In this document: piece by piece, positions 15,837 through 25,114 of the stretch
How positions within the stretch are numbered: position 1 is the stretch's first letter
How the letters are laid out: every line of letters begins with the position of its first letter
NCBI GenBank assembly: GCA_964572285.1
Contig: CAZNEL010000001.1
Span: 1 to 58,808 of the forward strand
Length of the DNA: 58,808 nucleotides
Direction: 5' to 3'
DNA from: an uncultured Dehalococcoidales bacterium
GTDB lineage: Bacteria > Chloroflexota > Dehalococcoidia > Dehalococcoidales > JAUVZE01
Program-made: the position numbers and the translations under genes
Notes under the pieces: model-generated
Told to the model about the DNA's origin: nothing
Database searches by the model: none
The model's input: the letters and a program-made list of their open reading frames with translations, nothing else

Positions 15837-16817
15837 CTACAGATGCAGTTCTATCACATCGCCATCTTGCAAAATATGGTCTCTTTTTGCCATTACGCCG
15901 TCGTGCTTACCTGAGCCCCAAATACGGGCGTATTTTAGATTCTGGGCAAAATCCTTGTGGACTGAAGTGGCGGCATCTTCCAGAGTGCTGCCCCGGTCCA
16001 GTACTATCGGGTCGGTAAAATCCGGTTTTTGTCCGGGAACTTTAGTATACGCCCGGATAATGTTAAGTAATTGATAGATGGAGTGCTTGAGTTCTTCTAG
16101 ATTAGACCTCTCTTTGGCTGAGATAGCAATAACCGGTAGTTGGTCTTGGTATTTATTTTGTAAAGCTACATAGTTTTGGCAGGCATGATTCAGGTCTAAC
16201 TTGTTACCGATAATCAGTCCCTTCTTACGGTATAGGATAACTTCTTCATTATTTTCAGTGTTAGCTTTCCCAAGGATGATTCTTAATTCGTCTAGTTGTG
16301 CTATAATACTCTCCATTTGAGTTAATGGGGCGCTATCTAAGTCTACTATAACTAAAAGGGCATCTGCTCGTACCAGCATATGTCGTAGCCACCACTCAAC
16401 AGGTTGGGGTATCAGTGGTGGGGTATCAATTAGCTGTATCTTTATATTCTCAAACTCCATCATCCCTGGAGTGGCACTGTGGGTAGTGAATGGGTATTCG
16501 GCTACGGTAGGGGAGGCATTGGTAATGCTGGACACAAGCTGGGATTTACCGGCGTTAGGTGGGCCAATCACTACTATCTGTGCAGCCCCCTCTTTCTCAA
16601 TAGCCATAGATACCCGACGGGCGCCGGACTTTTTGACAGCTAACTGGTTCAGCTTGGCGATTCTGGTTCTTAGCTCAGCACGGAGATGGTCTGTTCCCTT
16701 ATGCTTGGGCATGATAGCCAGCATTTCTTCCAGGGTAGCAATTTTCTCCTCCGGGCTTTTAGCCAGGCGGAATCTTTTTTCGGCTTCAAAGTATTGAGGT
16801 GGTAAATTAGCTGGCAT
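15837..16817 (-). CDS. OBG/DRG-type GTP-binding protein with C-terminal TGS domain
   Basis: 326 aa. G1 GPPNAGKS, G3 DTPP, G4 NKLD, and a TGS-like C-terminus ...LQDGDVIELHL. Confidence 0.8.
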   Translation of the reverse strand: MPANLPPQYFEAEKRFRLAKSPEEKIATLEEMLAIMPKHKGTDHLRAELRTRIAKLNQLAVKKSGARRVSMAIEKEGAAQIVVIGPPNAGKSQLVSSITNASPTVAEYPFTTHSATPGMMEFENIKIQLIDTPPLIPQPVEWWLRHMLVRADALLVIVDLDSAPLTQMESIIAQLDELRIILGKANTENNEEVILYRKKGLIIGNKLDLNHACQNYVALQNKYQDQLPVIAISAKERSNLEELKHSIYQLLNIIRAYTKVPGQKPDFTDPIVLDRGSTLEDAATSVHKDFAQNLKYARIWGSGKHDGVMAKRDHILQDGDVIELHL

Positions 16818-16819
16818 GG

Positions 16820-18640
16820 TTAAAGGTGCTCCTTTATTCTTCTGGCTAAACTCTGGCTGATGCCTTTGGTGGTGGCTAATTCTTCTACGGAAGCTTGCTG
16901 GATGGCTCGGGATGAGCCAAATTGACGCAGCAGGGTGCGTTTACGCTGAGGGCCGATGCCTGTAATACCATCAAAGGCTGACGCAAAGGTTTTTTTCTGG
17001 CGAATCTTTTGGTGGTAGCCGAGTGCGAAGCGATGAGCTTCATCCCTAAGGCGTTGTAGTAGCTGGAGACCAGGAGAGTTGCCAGGTAGTATAATCGGCT
17101 TGGCTTCTTGGGGGATAAAGAGGTATTCGTTTTCTTTAGCCAGACTGGCAACGGGTACGGAATCGACTCCGACCTCGTGCATTGCTGCTTGGGCGGCATT
17201 AAGTTGTCCCTTGCCGCCATCAATGAGGACAAGGTCGGGGAAGATTGCCCAGCCATCTGAAGCGGAGGTATCACCACTCCGTTTGAATCGTCGCTTGATT
17301 ACTTCGTGGAGCATAGCATAATCATCGGCACCGGACACAGTTTTGATTCTAAAGCGTCGGTAGTGGGCTGGTTTTGGTTTGCCTTTGTCAAAGACCACCA
17401 TACTACCCACGGCTGATGTTCCCTGTATGTTGGAGATGTCATAGCCTTCCATGCGAAGTGGGGGATGAGGTAATCTAAGTTCTTGGGTTACTTCATCTAG
17501 AGCTGTCTCTAAGGCTCTGGGGGTGGCTAGTTGTTTAATTTTAAGTTGTGTCAAACCTTGCTGGGCATTTTCGGCTACAATGTTTACCAGTTGTTTTTTG
17601 TTGCCCCGCTGAGGCACTCTAATACTGACTTTATCACCTCTCTTATTTCGAAGCCAGTCCTCAATAACTGACTTATCTTCTACCGGATACTGGAGTAGAA
17701 GCAAGCGAGGTATAGAAGGAGTCGATTGGTAAAACTGTTTAATAAAGCTGGTTATAATCTGTGAGGGCTCTTCCGAGTGGGTGCCCTGCAGGACGAAGCT
17801 CTCTCGCCCGATTAGCTTACCACTACGGATAAAAAAGACCTGAACATAGGCTTGGTCTTTATCTTGAGCGAAGGCAATGACATCTTGCTCACCCCTTACG
17901 GTGGTAGCAATCCTCTGCCCTTCAATAACTTCATGAATTGCCTGGATCTGATCTCTGAACGAAGACGCCTTTTCAAATTCCAGGGCTTTCGCTGCCTTAT
18001 TCATCCGGCTCTCCAGCCATTGAACCACTTTGCCCTGTTTACCTTCAAGGAAGAGAATTACCTGCTTTATTACCTCAGCGTATTCCTTTTTACTTACGGC
18101 ACCAATGCAAGGAGCGAGACATTTTCCTACATGATACCAGAGGCAAGGTCGGGAATCAGTGCCGGTGATAGGTTTGGAACAGGAGCGAAACGGGAAAATT
18201 CGTTTTATTATCTTCATGGTCTGGCGTATCGACTTAGCACTGGCGAAAGGTCCAAAATAACGCCCTCCATCCTGTGTTAGACGTCGGGTAATGTATACCC
18301 TGGGCCAATCTTCGGTGGAATCTATCTTGAGGTAGGGGAAAGTCTTATCATCTTTAAGTCGAACATTATAATGGGGGTGGTGGCGCTTTATTAAATTTAG
18401 CTCTAGGATAAGAGCTTCCTGTTCTGTGGTGGTAACAAAATAGTCAAGGTCATGAACCCGGGCTACCATCCGCTGTGTCTTTGGTGATAACTTCTGGCCG
18501 GTGCCGAAGTATGACCTTACCCGATGGCGGAGATTGGTTGCTTTCCCCACATACATGATAGTACCTTCGGCATCTTTTAACAAATAGACGCCGGGATTAC
18601 CAGGTAATTGATTTAGTTGCTGTACTATTAGGTTGGTCAA
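16820..18640 (-). CDS. uvrC: Excinuclease ABC subunit C
   Basis: 606 aa. GIY-YIG N-terminus (GVYLLKDAEGTIMYVGKATNLRHR), the UvrC endonuclease region, and a C-terminal HhH. TTG start. Confidence 0.94.
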   Translation of the reverse strand: MTNLIVQQLNQLPGNPGVYLLKDAEGTIMYVGKATNLRHRVRSYFGTGQKLSPKTQRMVARVHDLDYFVTTTEQEALILELNLIKRHHPHYNVRLKDDKTFPYLKIDSTEDWPRVYITRRLTQDGGRYFGPFASAKSIRQTMKIIKRIFPFRSCSKPITGTDSRPCLWYHVGKCLAPCIGAVSKKEYAEVIKQVILFLEGKQGKVVQWLESRMNKAAKALEFEKASSFRDQIQAIHEVIEGQRIATTVRGEQDVIAFAQDKDQAYVQVFFIRSGKLIGRESFVLQGTHSEEPSQIITSFIKQFYQSTPSIPRLLLLQYPVEDKSVIEDWLRNKRGDKVSIRVPQRGNKKQLVNIVAENAQQGLTQLKIKQLATPRALETALDEVTQELRLPHPPLRMEGYDISNIQGTSAVGSMVVFDKGKPKPAHYRRFRIKTVSGADDYAMLHEVIKRRFKRSGDTSASDGWAIFPDLVLIDGGKGQLNAAQAAMHEVGVDSVPVASLAKENEYLFIPQEAKPIILPGNSPGLQLLQRLRDEAHRFALGYHQKIRQKKTFASAFDGITGIGPQRKRTLLRQFGSSRAIQQASVEELATTKGISQSLARRIKEHL

Positions 18641-18661
18641 TCTTTGCCCTACCTTTTGTTA

Positions 18662-18670
18662 ATTTTAACA
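18662..18670 (-). promoter_or_regulatory. Extended -10 TGTTAAAAT for uvrC, part of the dyad TGTTAAAATTAACA
   Basis: Reverse complement of 18657-18670, 22 nt upstream of TTG 18640. Confidence 0.45.
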
Positions 18671-18721
18671 TAGCCCATAGAATGGGCAAAATATTGGCGG
18701 CATTGATTTTTCTGGCCATTA

Positions 18722-18730
18722 TGTTAAAAT
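18722..18730 (+). promoter_or_regulatory. Extended -10 TGTTAAAAT for xerD, part of the dyad TGTTAAAATTAACA (18722-18735)
   Basis: Lies 37 nt upstream of GTG 18767. GAGGTGG SD at 18756-18762. Confidence 0.45.
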
Positions 18731-18766
18731 TAACATAATAAAAATTGTTTACTGTGAGGTGGAATT

Positions 18767-19675
18767 GTGAGACAGGTTATTGATAATTTTTTGAATTATC
18801 TGGCTGTGGAAAAAGGCTTTCCCCAGAACACCATATTGGCTTATCGGAATGACCTGAATCAATTAGCTGGCTTCGTTGAAGAAGAGGCGGCCAAGCGTGG
18901 CTCCATTCCACCATGGGCTAGTTTTGACCGTCAATCAATGCTAAGCTATCTGCTGGATCTGCGGCAAAGAAATTATGCAGCTACTACGATAGCCCGCAAG
19001 GTAGCAGCAGTCAGATCCCTGTTTAATTTTATGGTGGCTGAGGGTATTATTAAAGCTAATCCAATACAGGATGTACGCTCACCTAAGGTGGGAAAATCGT
19101 TGCCCAGGCCCATCTCGATTAGTCAGGTTCGCCTACTGCTGGAGCAGCCGCGCAAGCTATCTGCGTCAGAAGCCACGAGAGATAGAGCAATGCTGGAGCT
19201 GTTATATGCTAGTGGTATGAGGGTGAGCGAGTTAGTCTCGTTGAATCTGGGTGATGTGGATTTTGAGAATGGCTATGTTCGCTGTTTGGGTAAAGGGAGT
19301 AAAGAACGAGTTATTCCTATATATGAGCAGGCGGCTCTAGCTGTGAAGGAATATACAGAGGGAACACGTCTTCGGTTGGTACGTAAAAGTGATGAGAAGG
19401 CTTTATTCCTTAATGCTCGTGGTGAGAGACTGACCAGGCAAGGGCTTTGGCAGATATTAAAAGTCTATGCTAAAGCAGCTAACCTTGAAGTCAAGATAAC
19501 CCCTCATACCCTGAGGCATAGCTTTGCTACTCATATGCTGAATGGCGGTGCTGACCTAAGGTCAGTTCAAGAATTGCTGGGACATGCTAACATATCTACC
19601 ACTCAGGTCTACACTCATCTTACCAGCGAGCACATTCGGCGCACCTATGAGCAGTCTCACCCCAGAGCTAAGTAG
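18767..19675 (+). CDS. xerD: Tyrosine recombinase XerC/XerD family
   Basis: 302 aa. ASGMRVSEL, HTLRHSFATHML and LLGHANISTTQVYTH give the R-H-R-Y catalytic signature. The XerD versus XerC assignment is tentative. Confidence 0.8.
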   Translation: MRQVIDNFLNYLAVEKGFPQNTILAYRNDLNQLAGFVEEEAAKRGSIPPWASFDRQSMLSYLLDLRQRNYAATTIARKVAAVRSLFNFMVAEGIIKANPIQDVRSPKVGKSLPRPISISQVRLLLEQPRKLSASEATRDRAMLELLYASGMRVSELVSLNLGDVDFENGYVRCLGKGSKERVIPIYEQAALAVKEYTEGTRLRLVRKSDEKALFLNARGERLTRQGLWQILKVYAKAANLEVKITPHTLRHSFATHMLNGGADLRSVQELLGHANISTTQVYTHLTSEHIRRTYEQSHPRAK

Positions 19676-19763
19676 GTATTGTGATAAATTCTTCAGTGAA
19701 AACAGAATGATAGCAGGTAAAGTAGGGGGCAGGACTGAAAAATAGTTTGTAGGAAGGTGATAA

Positions 19764-20045
19764 ATGCCTAGTAAATCACATGGCGGACATAAACATACAG
19801 CGCAACGCAAAAAAGAAAAAATAAAGCGAGATTTTGCAGTAACCGGCGCTCAGCAACAGGGCGTAGCCCAAGATAACAGTCCTGTTTCTCAGACACCGGC
19901 ACCTGTACCAAAAGTGCTGAAACCAAGAGCTATCACGTCCAATATAATTCAGCATGTTTATATCAGTAATGAACTACGCAGGATTGCTATTCTAGCCGGG
20001 GTTATGCTGGCAATCCTGGTGGTGTTATACTTGGTTGTTCCCTAG
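19764..20045 (+). CDS. Hypothetical small protein: basic N-terminus with a single C-terminal TM helix
   Basis: 93 aa with GGAAGGTG SD upstream. ILAGVMLAILVVLYLVV is hydrophobic. Confidence 0.5.
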   Translation: MPSKSHGGHKHTAQRKKEKIKRDFAVTGAQQQGVAQDNSPVSQTPAPVPKVLKPRAITSNIIQHVYISNELRRIAILAGVMLAILVVLYLVVP

Positions 20046-20047
20046 CC

Positions 20048-20698
20048 GTGGAGTTATCCAATATGGACTTTGGAGCGGCGAGGGCTAGGTTGATTGAGCA
20101 GCTTAGTGCCGAGATCAAGAGTGAACGGGTCTTGGCGACCATGGCTTGTATACCCCGAGAACGTTTCGTGCCAACGGAGAGTCGGCATATGGCTTATGCA
20201 GACATGCCGCTACCAATTGGCCATGAACAGACGATTTCACAGCCTTTCATTGTGGCTCTTATGACCGAGGCACTGGAATTAACCGGTGACGAAAAGGTGC
20301 TGGAGGTAGGGACGGGCAGTGGATATCAGGCGGCTATTCTGGCTGAATTAGCCCGGCATGTTATTACTACAGAGCGTTTGCCAGCGTTGGCCAAAACAGC
20401 CAGGGAAGTACTCAATAGTCTGGATTACAAAAATATTGATGTGTACGTTGCTGAGGAGACACTGGGTTGGCCGTGTGAGGCACCTTATAATGCCATAATA
20501 GTTACTGCTGGTGCTCCCAGGGTGCCTGTTGCCTTACTTAATCAGCTGGCCATTGGTGGACGGTTGGTAATTCCTGTAGGCTCGCGTTCTGTGCAGGAAT
20601 TACGCAAAATTACTAGGCAGAAGAAAAAGAATGTAATTGAAAACTTGGGTGGCTGCCGTTTTGTAGCTCTTATTGGCAAGGATGCCTGGAATAAGTAA
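20048..20698 (+). CDS. pcm: Protein-L-isoaspartate O-methyltransferase
   Basis: 216 aa with TISQPF and VLEVGTGSGYQAA motifs. Confidence 0.9.
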   Translation: MELSNMDFGAARARLIEQLSAEIKSERVLATMACIPRERFVPTESRHMAYADMPLPIGHEQTISQPFIVALMTEALELTGDEKVLEVGTGSGYQAAILAELARHVITTERLPALAKTAREVLNSLDYKNIDVYVAEETLGWPCEAPYNAIIVTAGAPRVPVALLNQLAIGGRLVIPVGSRSVQELRKITRQKKKNVIENLGGCRFVALIGKDAWNK

Positions 20699-20819
20699 AA
20701 CAAACCAGCATGAGAGCTTTGGAGAAGTAAGAGTAGCCAGAATCCCCAAATTATCTTGAGCTTATCATAAAGTTCAAATTATTTCATATAATCGGTTTTA
20801 TAGGGGTATCTAATATTTT

Positions 20820-21305
20820 TCAAAGTGGCGTGGTCAGTGCGGCGTGTAGTATCAGTCCAAAGAAAATGAGGTAGCCGAAAACATAAATGCCCACCGCCTC
20901 CGGGCTATTTTTAATGTTGGTGAAGGGTATTTTGGGTGTTATCTTATCAAGCAGGTAAAACAGGGCTAGCCCAACAAGTAGGCTTATTAGGAAGCTTATA
21001 GCTAATAAACTCAGCTGCCTAAAATCAAAAAAGTATTGCAGTAGTGGGCCCCCAACTACAGTCGGTGCGGTAGTAACGCCATGGATGACCATACCAATCA
21101 GGATGAAAAACCCGGCCATGAATAGTCCCGTGGCTATTGGGCTCTCTCCGATACGTTGGCGCTTGGGGATGTGGGGAGTCAGAGCATCCATGGCTCTTAT
21201 TCCAAGCCAGGCAAGAAGAGTGCAGATGAAGACTAACCATATGGTTCTAGCTATCCATAATACAACAATTAACCAAAACGGGGCGGTTAAACCTAGCTCG
21301 TACAT
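20820..21305 (-). CDS. Membrane protein with two DUF350-like repeats
   Basis: 161 aa. Two TM pairs, each preceded by D.(L/I)TP.IP. Confidence 0.5.
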   Translation of the reverse strand: MYELGLTAPFWLIVVLWIARTIWLVFICTLLAWLGIRAMDALTPHIPKRQRIGESPIATGLFMAGFFILIGMVIHGVTTAPTVVGGPLLQYFFDFRQLSLLAISFLISLLVGLALFYLLDKITPKIPFTNIKNSPEAVGIYVFGYLIFFGLILHAALTTPL

Positions 21306-21325
21306 TAAACTCCTCCTTTAACGGG

Positions 21326-21922
21326 TTAAGTCAATAGTAACGGTGTAACGAATGTTTCTATGATAGCTGCTAGCAAAAGCAAGGTAAAGGCTATCAGCAG
21401 GTATATTGAATTCCGCTTGAGATTAGGTAGTAGTAGACTCCTTCTTTCCTTCTTGAATAGTGCTAACATCACTGCAGTACCAAAGCTAAGTGCGGCTGCC
21501 TCACCTATAATCAACGCTGGTAGCTCGAAAACGCCATGAGGCAGCAACCCAGCTATCACGAACCCTAAGGATTTTTCCTGGACTATGATAGCAGATACAA
21601 AGGCAATGAGCCAGCCATTGAGTGTTAAAACCACGATAGGCCAGAGGCAGAGAATCGGGCTAAATATGAAGCTCGTCAGCAGGGTTGAAACGTTGGTAAT
21701 AAAGATAAATGCAAAAACGATCGGCTGAGGCAGGGGTTCTAAAAAACCGGCAAGCTCCTCGAGAGCAGTAATCTCTGCAGAAAGAAGGTTAACCAAGCTG
21801 GCTGGAGTAAATAAACCAGATAAAAAAGCGATGCCAAATAATGCAGTAGCAATGATGAGCCACTTTTGATAGCCCTTATCAGTTTTGTAGAGCTCTCCTA
21901 TTTGCCTTAATATATTTGACAT
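21326..21922 (-). CDS. SpoIIM/DUF95-family membrane protein
   Basis: 198 aa, multi-TM, with LPHGVFELPALIIGEAAA motif. Confidence 0.65.
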   Translation of the reverse strand: MSNILRQIGELYKTDKGYQKWLIIATALFGIAFLSGLFTPASLVNLLSAEITALEELAGFLEPLPQPIVFAFIFITNVSTLLTSFIFSPILCLWPIVVLTLNGWLIAFVSAIIVQEKSLGFVIAGLLPHGVFELPALIIGEAAALSFGTAVMLALFKKERRSLLLPNLKRNSIYLLIAFTLLLLAAIIETFVTPLLLT

Positions 21923-22113
21923 AATTATTTATCTTCAGCAGATGGTTAACTTAAATGGGTTAGCATTTAGATCTTTTAAGTTTGAGTTATTATCATCTAA
22001 TTGTAATTAAACTGGGTGGCGGGTGCAAGTATTTACTTTTCTACTGGGTTAGCTACTCAAATTGGCTACTTTTTCGTCGGTTCCTGTATAATAGATTAAG
22101 GAGTGATTGTTAG

Positions 22114-22938
22114 TTGAAGGGTAAGGTTTTACTGAGTTTAATATTCATATTGGTAGTTGGGTTGACGGTTACTGGTTATGCCTTAGCAACCCCATCGTCT
22201 AGCTTTAATGAAAAGGATGGTGAAGTCTTTGATGGCTGGGAGATAAGCCGAACCAGGGCTTTTGGTGAAGACGGTTTTTATCAAATATCTCAAACATCTT
22301 TCCGGCCGGTTATAGCATTTGAGAGCTTGGGGGAAAATGCTGACCTGGCTTATAATTCGGGGGAGCAAATTGCCGCTAGGTACACAGATGAGATACAGAG
22401 AGCAGAAGCTGTATTTAGCTTTGTGCGGGATAGAGTTAACTATACCTCTGATGGTGACCAGTTCGGGTATGATGAGTTTGCCCAGAATGCCGATGAACTG
22501 GCCATAGCAATTGAACAGGGTGGGGTTGGTTATGGTGATTGCGAAGATAGTGCGGTATTACTGGCGGTTATGTATCAGGGGGCTGGATTGCGCTCAGCGA
22601 TAGCGGTTGGTTCCAGCCATACTGCTGCCTTGGTTTATTTACCCAACTATAAAAAGGCAACGGCGCTTCTTGAATTAGATGGTGAGACTGGTTGGGTATG
22701 GGCTGAGGCAACCGGCAAGAACAACCCATTAGGCTGGGTACCCAAAGAATATATCAATGTTGAGCTGGCTGTCTACGAAATATCGGAAGAGGCAATAAGT
22801 CAGCTGTCACCGACTACCGCACCCTCAACCGTTGTTACTAAAACAGGTGGGGGTAGTGGTGTTCAACCATTTCCCTTCTTTGGCATAATTGCCTTATTAT
22901 GGTTTCTTCCCTTGTTTAGAAGAAGGCGTACTCACTAA
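22114..22938 (+). CDS. Secreted/anchored transglutaminase-like cysteine protease domain protein
   Basis: 274 aa. Signal/TM N-terminus, GYGDCEDSAVLL (Cys), SSHTAALVY (His), and a C-terminal TM followed by RRRR. TTG start with AAGGAG upstream. Confidence 0.65.
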   Translation: MKGKVLLSLIFILVVGLTVTGYALATPSSSFNEKDGEVFDGWEISRTRAFGEDGFYQISQTSFRPVIAFESLGENADLAYNSGEQIAARYTDEIQRAEAVFSFVRDRVNYTSDGDQFGYDEFAQNADELAIAIEQGGVGYGDCEDSAVLLAVMYQGAGLRSAIAVGSSHTAALVYLPNYKKATALLELDGETGWVWAEATGKNNPLGWVPKEYINVELAVYEISEEAISQLSPTTAPSTVVTKTGGGSGVQPFPFFGIIALLWFLPLFRRRRTH

Positions 22939-23019
22939 TTCTGACTGCGTTACTTGCCGTATTCTAGCAACTGCGATTATAATGTGGGAAAATAAATTGA
23001 AAAGAGAGCAGGTGACTAG

Positions 23020-25086
23020 ATGAAGCAATATGGGATAGAAAATATCCGTAATCTTTCTTTATTGTCTCATGGTGGCGCTGGTAAGACCTCAATAGCAGAA
23101 GCAATCCTATTTACCTCAGGAGTGATTAACCGATTAGGTAAAGTTGGTGATGGAAGTACTACCTCAGATTATGATCCTGATGAGATAAAACGTAAGATAA
23201 GCATTAATTTAACTATGCTTCCTTGCGAGTGGCAAAATACGAAGATTAACCTCATTGATACTCCTGGCTATGCTGACTTTATTGGTGAGGTAAAAGCGGG
23301 TATGCGGGTGAGTGAGGGGGCAATTGTTGTGGTCTGTGCTGCCTCCGGGGTTGAGGTTGGTACTGAACAGGTTTGGAAATATTGTAACGAGGCTAGCCTC
23401 CCCCGTCTTATTTTTGTTAACAAGATGGATCGCGAGAATGCTGACTTTTACCGGACTGTAGATGAGCTAAAAGCAAAGTTCGGCCCTAAGTGTGTGCCAC
23501 TTCAGCTACCGATAGGTGCTCATGATAGTTTCCAGGGGGTGGTTGACCTGCTAACAAAGAAAGCTTTTATCGGCCCTGAGGCAAAGGAATCTGAAATACC
23601 GTCTTCATTGCAAGAGCAGGTTGATTTTTTTCGAGAGAAACTGGTAGAGGCGGTGGCGGAGATTGATGATAGGTTGATTGAGAAATACCTGGATGGGCAA
23701 GAGCTTAGCCTGGAGGAGCTTGCCGATGGTTTGCGGCAGGCAGCAATAAGTGGGCAAATTACGCCGATTTTAGCTGGCTCGGCGATGCAAAATATAGGAA
23801 TAACCTGGTTACTGGAAGCAGTTTGTAGTTATCTGCCGTCGCCTAAGCAGCGGGAAATAACTACTGCTGGTGATTCGGCTGAACAGACTGCACAAACTAT
23901 TCAACCAAGCGAGACAGCCCCTTTAGCTGCCCTGGTGTTTAAAACCAGTGCTGACCCGTATGTCGGTAAGCTGACCTATTTCAGGGTTTATAATGGCACC
24001 ATTAATAGCAATTCGCAGGTGTGGAATGCTACCCGGAGTGGGGGAGAGCGTATTGGGCAACTGTTTGTTTTGAGGGGTAAGAATCAGGAGCCGGTGCCTC
24101 AACTTGGGGCTGGAGACATAGGTGGTGTAGCTAAGTTAAGCCTTACCAGCACCGGGGACACATTGTGCAGTCAAGATAAACCACTAAAGATTATGTCTAT
24201 CCAATTCCCTGAGCCAGTTATTAGTCAAGCAGTACACCCCAAAACTAAAGCTGACTTAGATAAACTGGGAACGGCCTTAACGAGACTAGCTGAGGAGGAT
24301 CCTACACTTCGGGTACATAGAGATACTGATACCGGGGAAACCATTCTCTCCGGGCTTGGTGATACTCATCTCGGCGTAGCTGCGGAAAAGATGTTGCGTA
24401 AGTTTGGAGTTGGTATACAGCTTGAAACCCCTAAGGTTCCTTACAAAGAGACTATTACAGTACAAGCGAAGGCTGAGTATAAACACAAGAAACAGACGGG
24501 AGGCCACGGCCAGTACGGGCATGTCTTGCTTGATTTGGAACCTTTGCCACGGGATAGCAGTAATGAGTTTGCCGATAAGGTAGTCGGTGGTGCCATACCG
24601 AGGAACTATATTCCGGCGGTGGAGAAGGGGGTTAATGAGGCGATACAGGAGGGGGTACTAGCTGGTTATCCGGTTGTTGCCATAAAGACAACAGTCTATG
24701 ATGGTAGCTATCATCCGGTTGATTCCTCGGAAATATGCTTTAAGATTGCTGGCGCCCAGGCGCTGAAGAAGGGTATGTCTCAGGGACAGCCTATTTTATT
24801 GGAACCCATAATGAGTATGAAGGTAGCTGTTCCGGAGGATTACACTGGTGATATTATCGGCGATCTTAATACCAAAAGAGCCCGAGTGCTGGGGATGAAC
24901 CCTGAAGAGGGGACTAATGTCATTGAAGCTCAAGTACCTTTATCTGAAGTTCAGCGTTATGCTATAGACCTGAAGTCCATAACGCAGGGTAGAGGGAGCT
25001 TTTCCGTGATCTTTAGCCACTATGAAGAAGTACCGTCTCAGATAACCCAGAAGATTATCGCCCATAGACAAGCTGAAAAGGCGTAG
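23020..25086 (+). CDS. Elongation factor G paralog (EF-G2-like)
   Basis: 688 aa with the full EF-G domain order. The P-loop is SHGGAGKTS instead of AHIDAGKTT, with DTPGYADF and NKMD. It is not in an rpsL-rpsG-fusA-tuf context. Confidence 0.85.
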   Translation: MKQYGIENIRNLSLLSHGGAGKTSIAEAILFTSGVINRLGKVGDGSTTSDYDPDEIKRKISINLTMLPCEWQNTKINLIDTPGYADFIGEVKAGMRVSEGAIVVVCAASGVEVGTEQVWKYCNEASLPRLIFVNKMDRENADFYRTVDELKAKFGPKCVPLQLPIGAHDSFQGVVDLLTKKAFIGPEAKESEIPSSLQEQVDFFREKLVEAVAEIDDRLIEKYLDGQELSLEELADGLRQAAISGQITPILAGSAMQNIGITWLLEAVCSYLPSPKQREITTAGDSAEQTAQTIQPSETAPLAALVFKTSADPYVGKLTYFRVYNGTINSNSQVWNATRSGGERIGQLFVLRGKNQEPVPQLGAGDIGGVAKLSLTSTGDTLCSQDKPLKIMSIQFPEPVISQAVHPKTKADLDKLGTALTRLAEEDPTLRVHRDTDTGETILSGLGDTHLGVAAEKMLRKFGVGIQLETPKVPYKETITVQAKAEYKHKKQTGGHGQYGHVLLDLEPLPRDSSNEFADKVVGGAIPRNYIPAVEKGVNEAIQEGVLAGYPVVAIKTTVYDGSYHPVDSSEICFKIAGAQALKKGMSQGQPILLEPIMSMKVAVPEDYTGDIIGDLNTKRARVLGMNPEEGTNVIEAQVPLSEVQRYAIDLKSITQGRGSFSVIFSHYEEVPSQITQKIIAHRQAEKA

Positions 25087-25114
25087 GCACAGACTTCTAT
25101 TTGCTACTGTATTT

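Noticed and set aside
22062-22092. Possible promoter TTGGCT-N19-TATAAT upstream of the transglutaminase-like gene.
   Set aside because: The 19-nt spacer and weak -35 are below the standard used for the other promoter calls.
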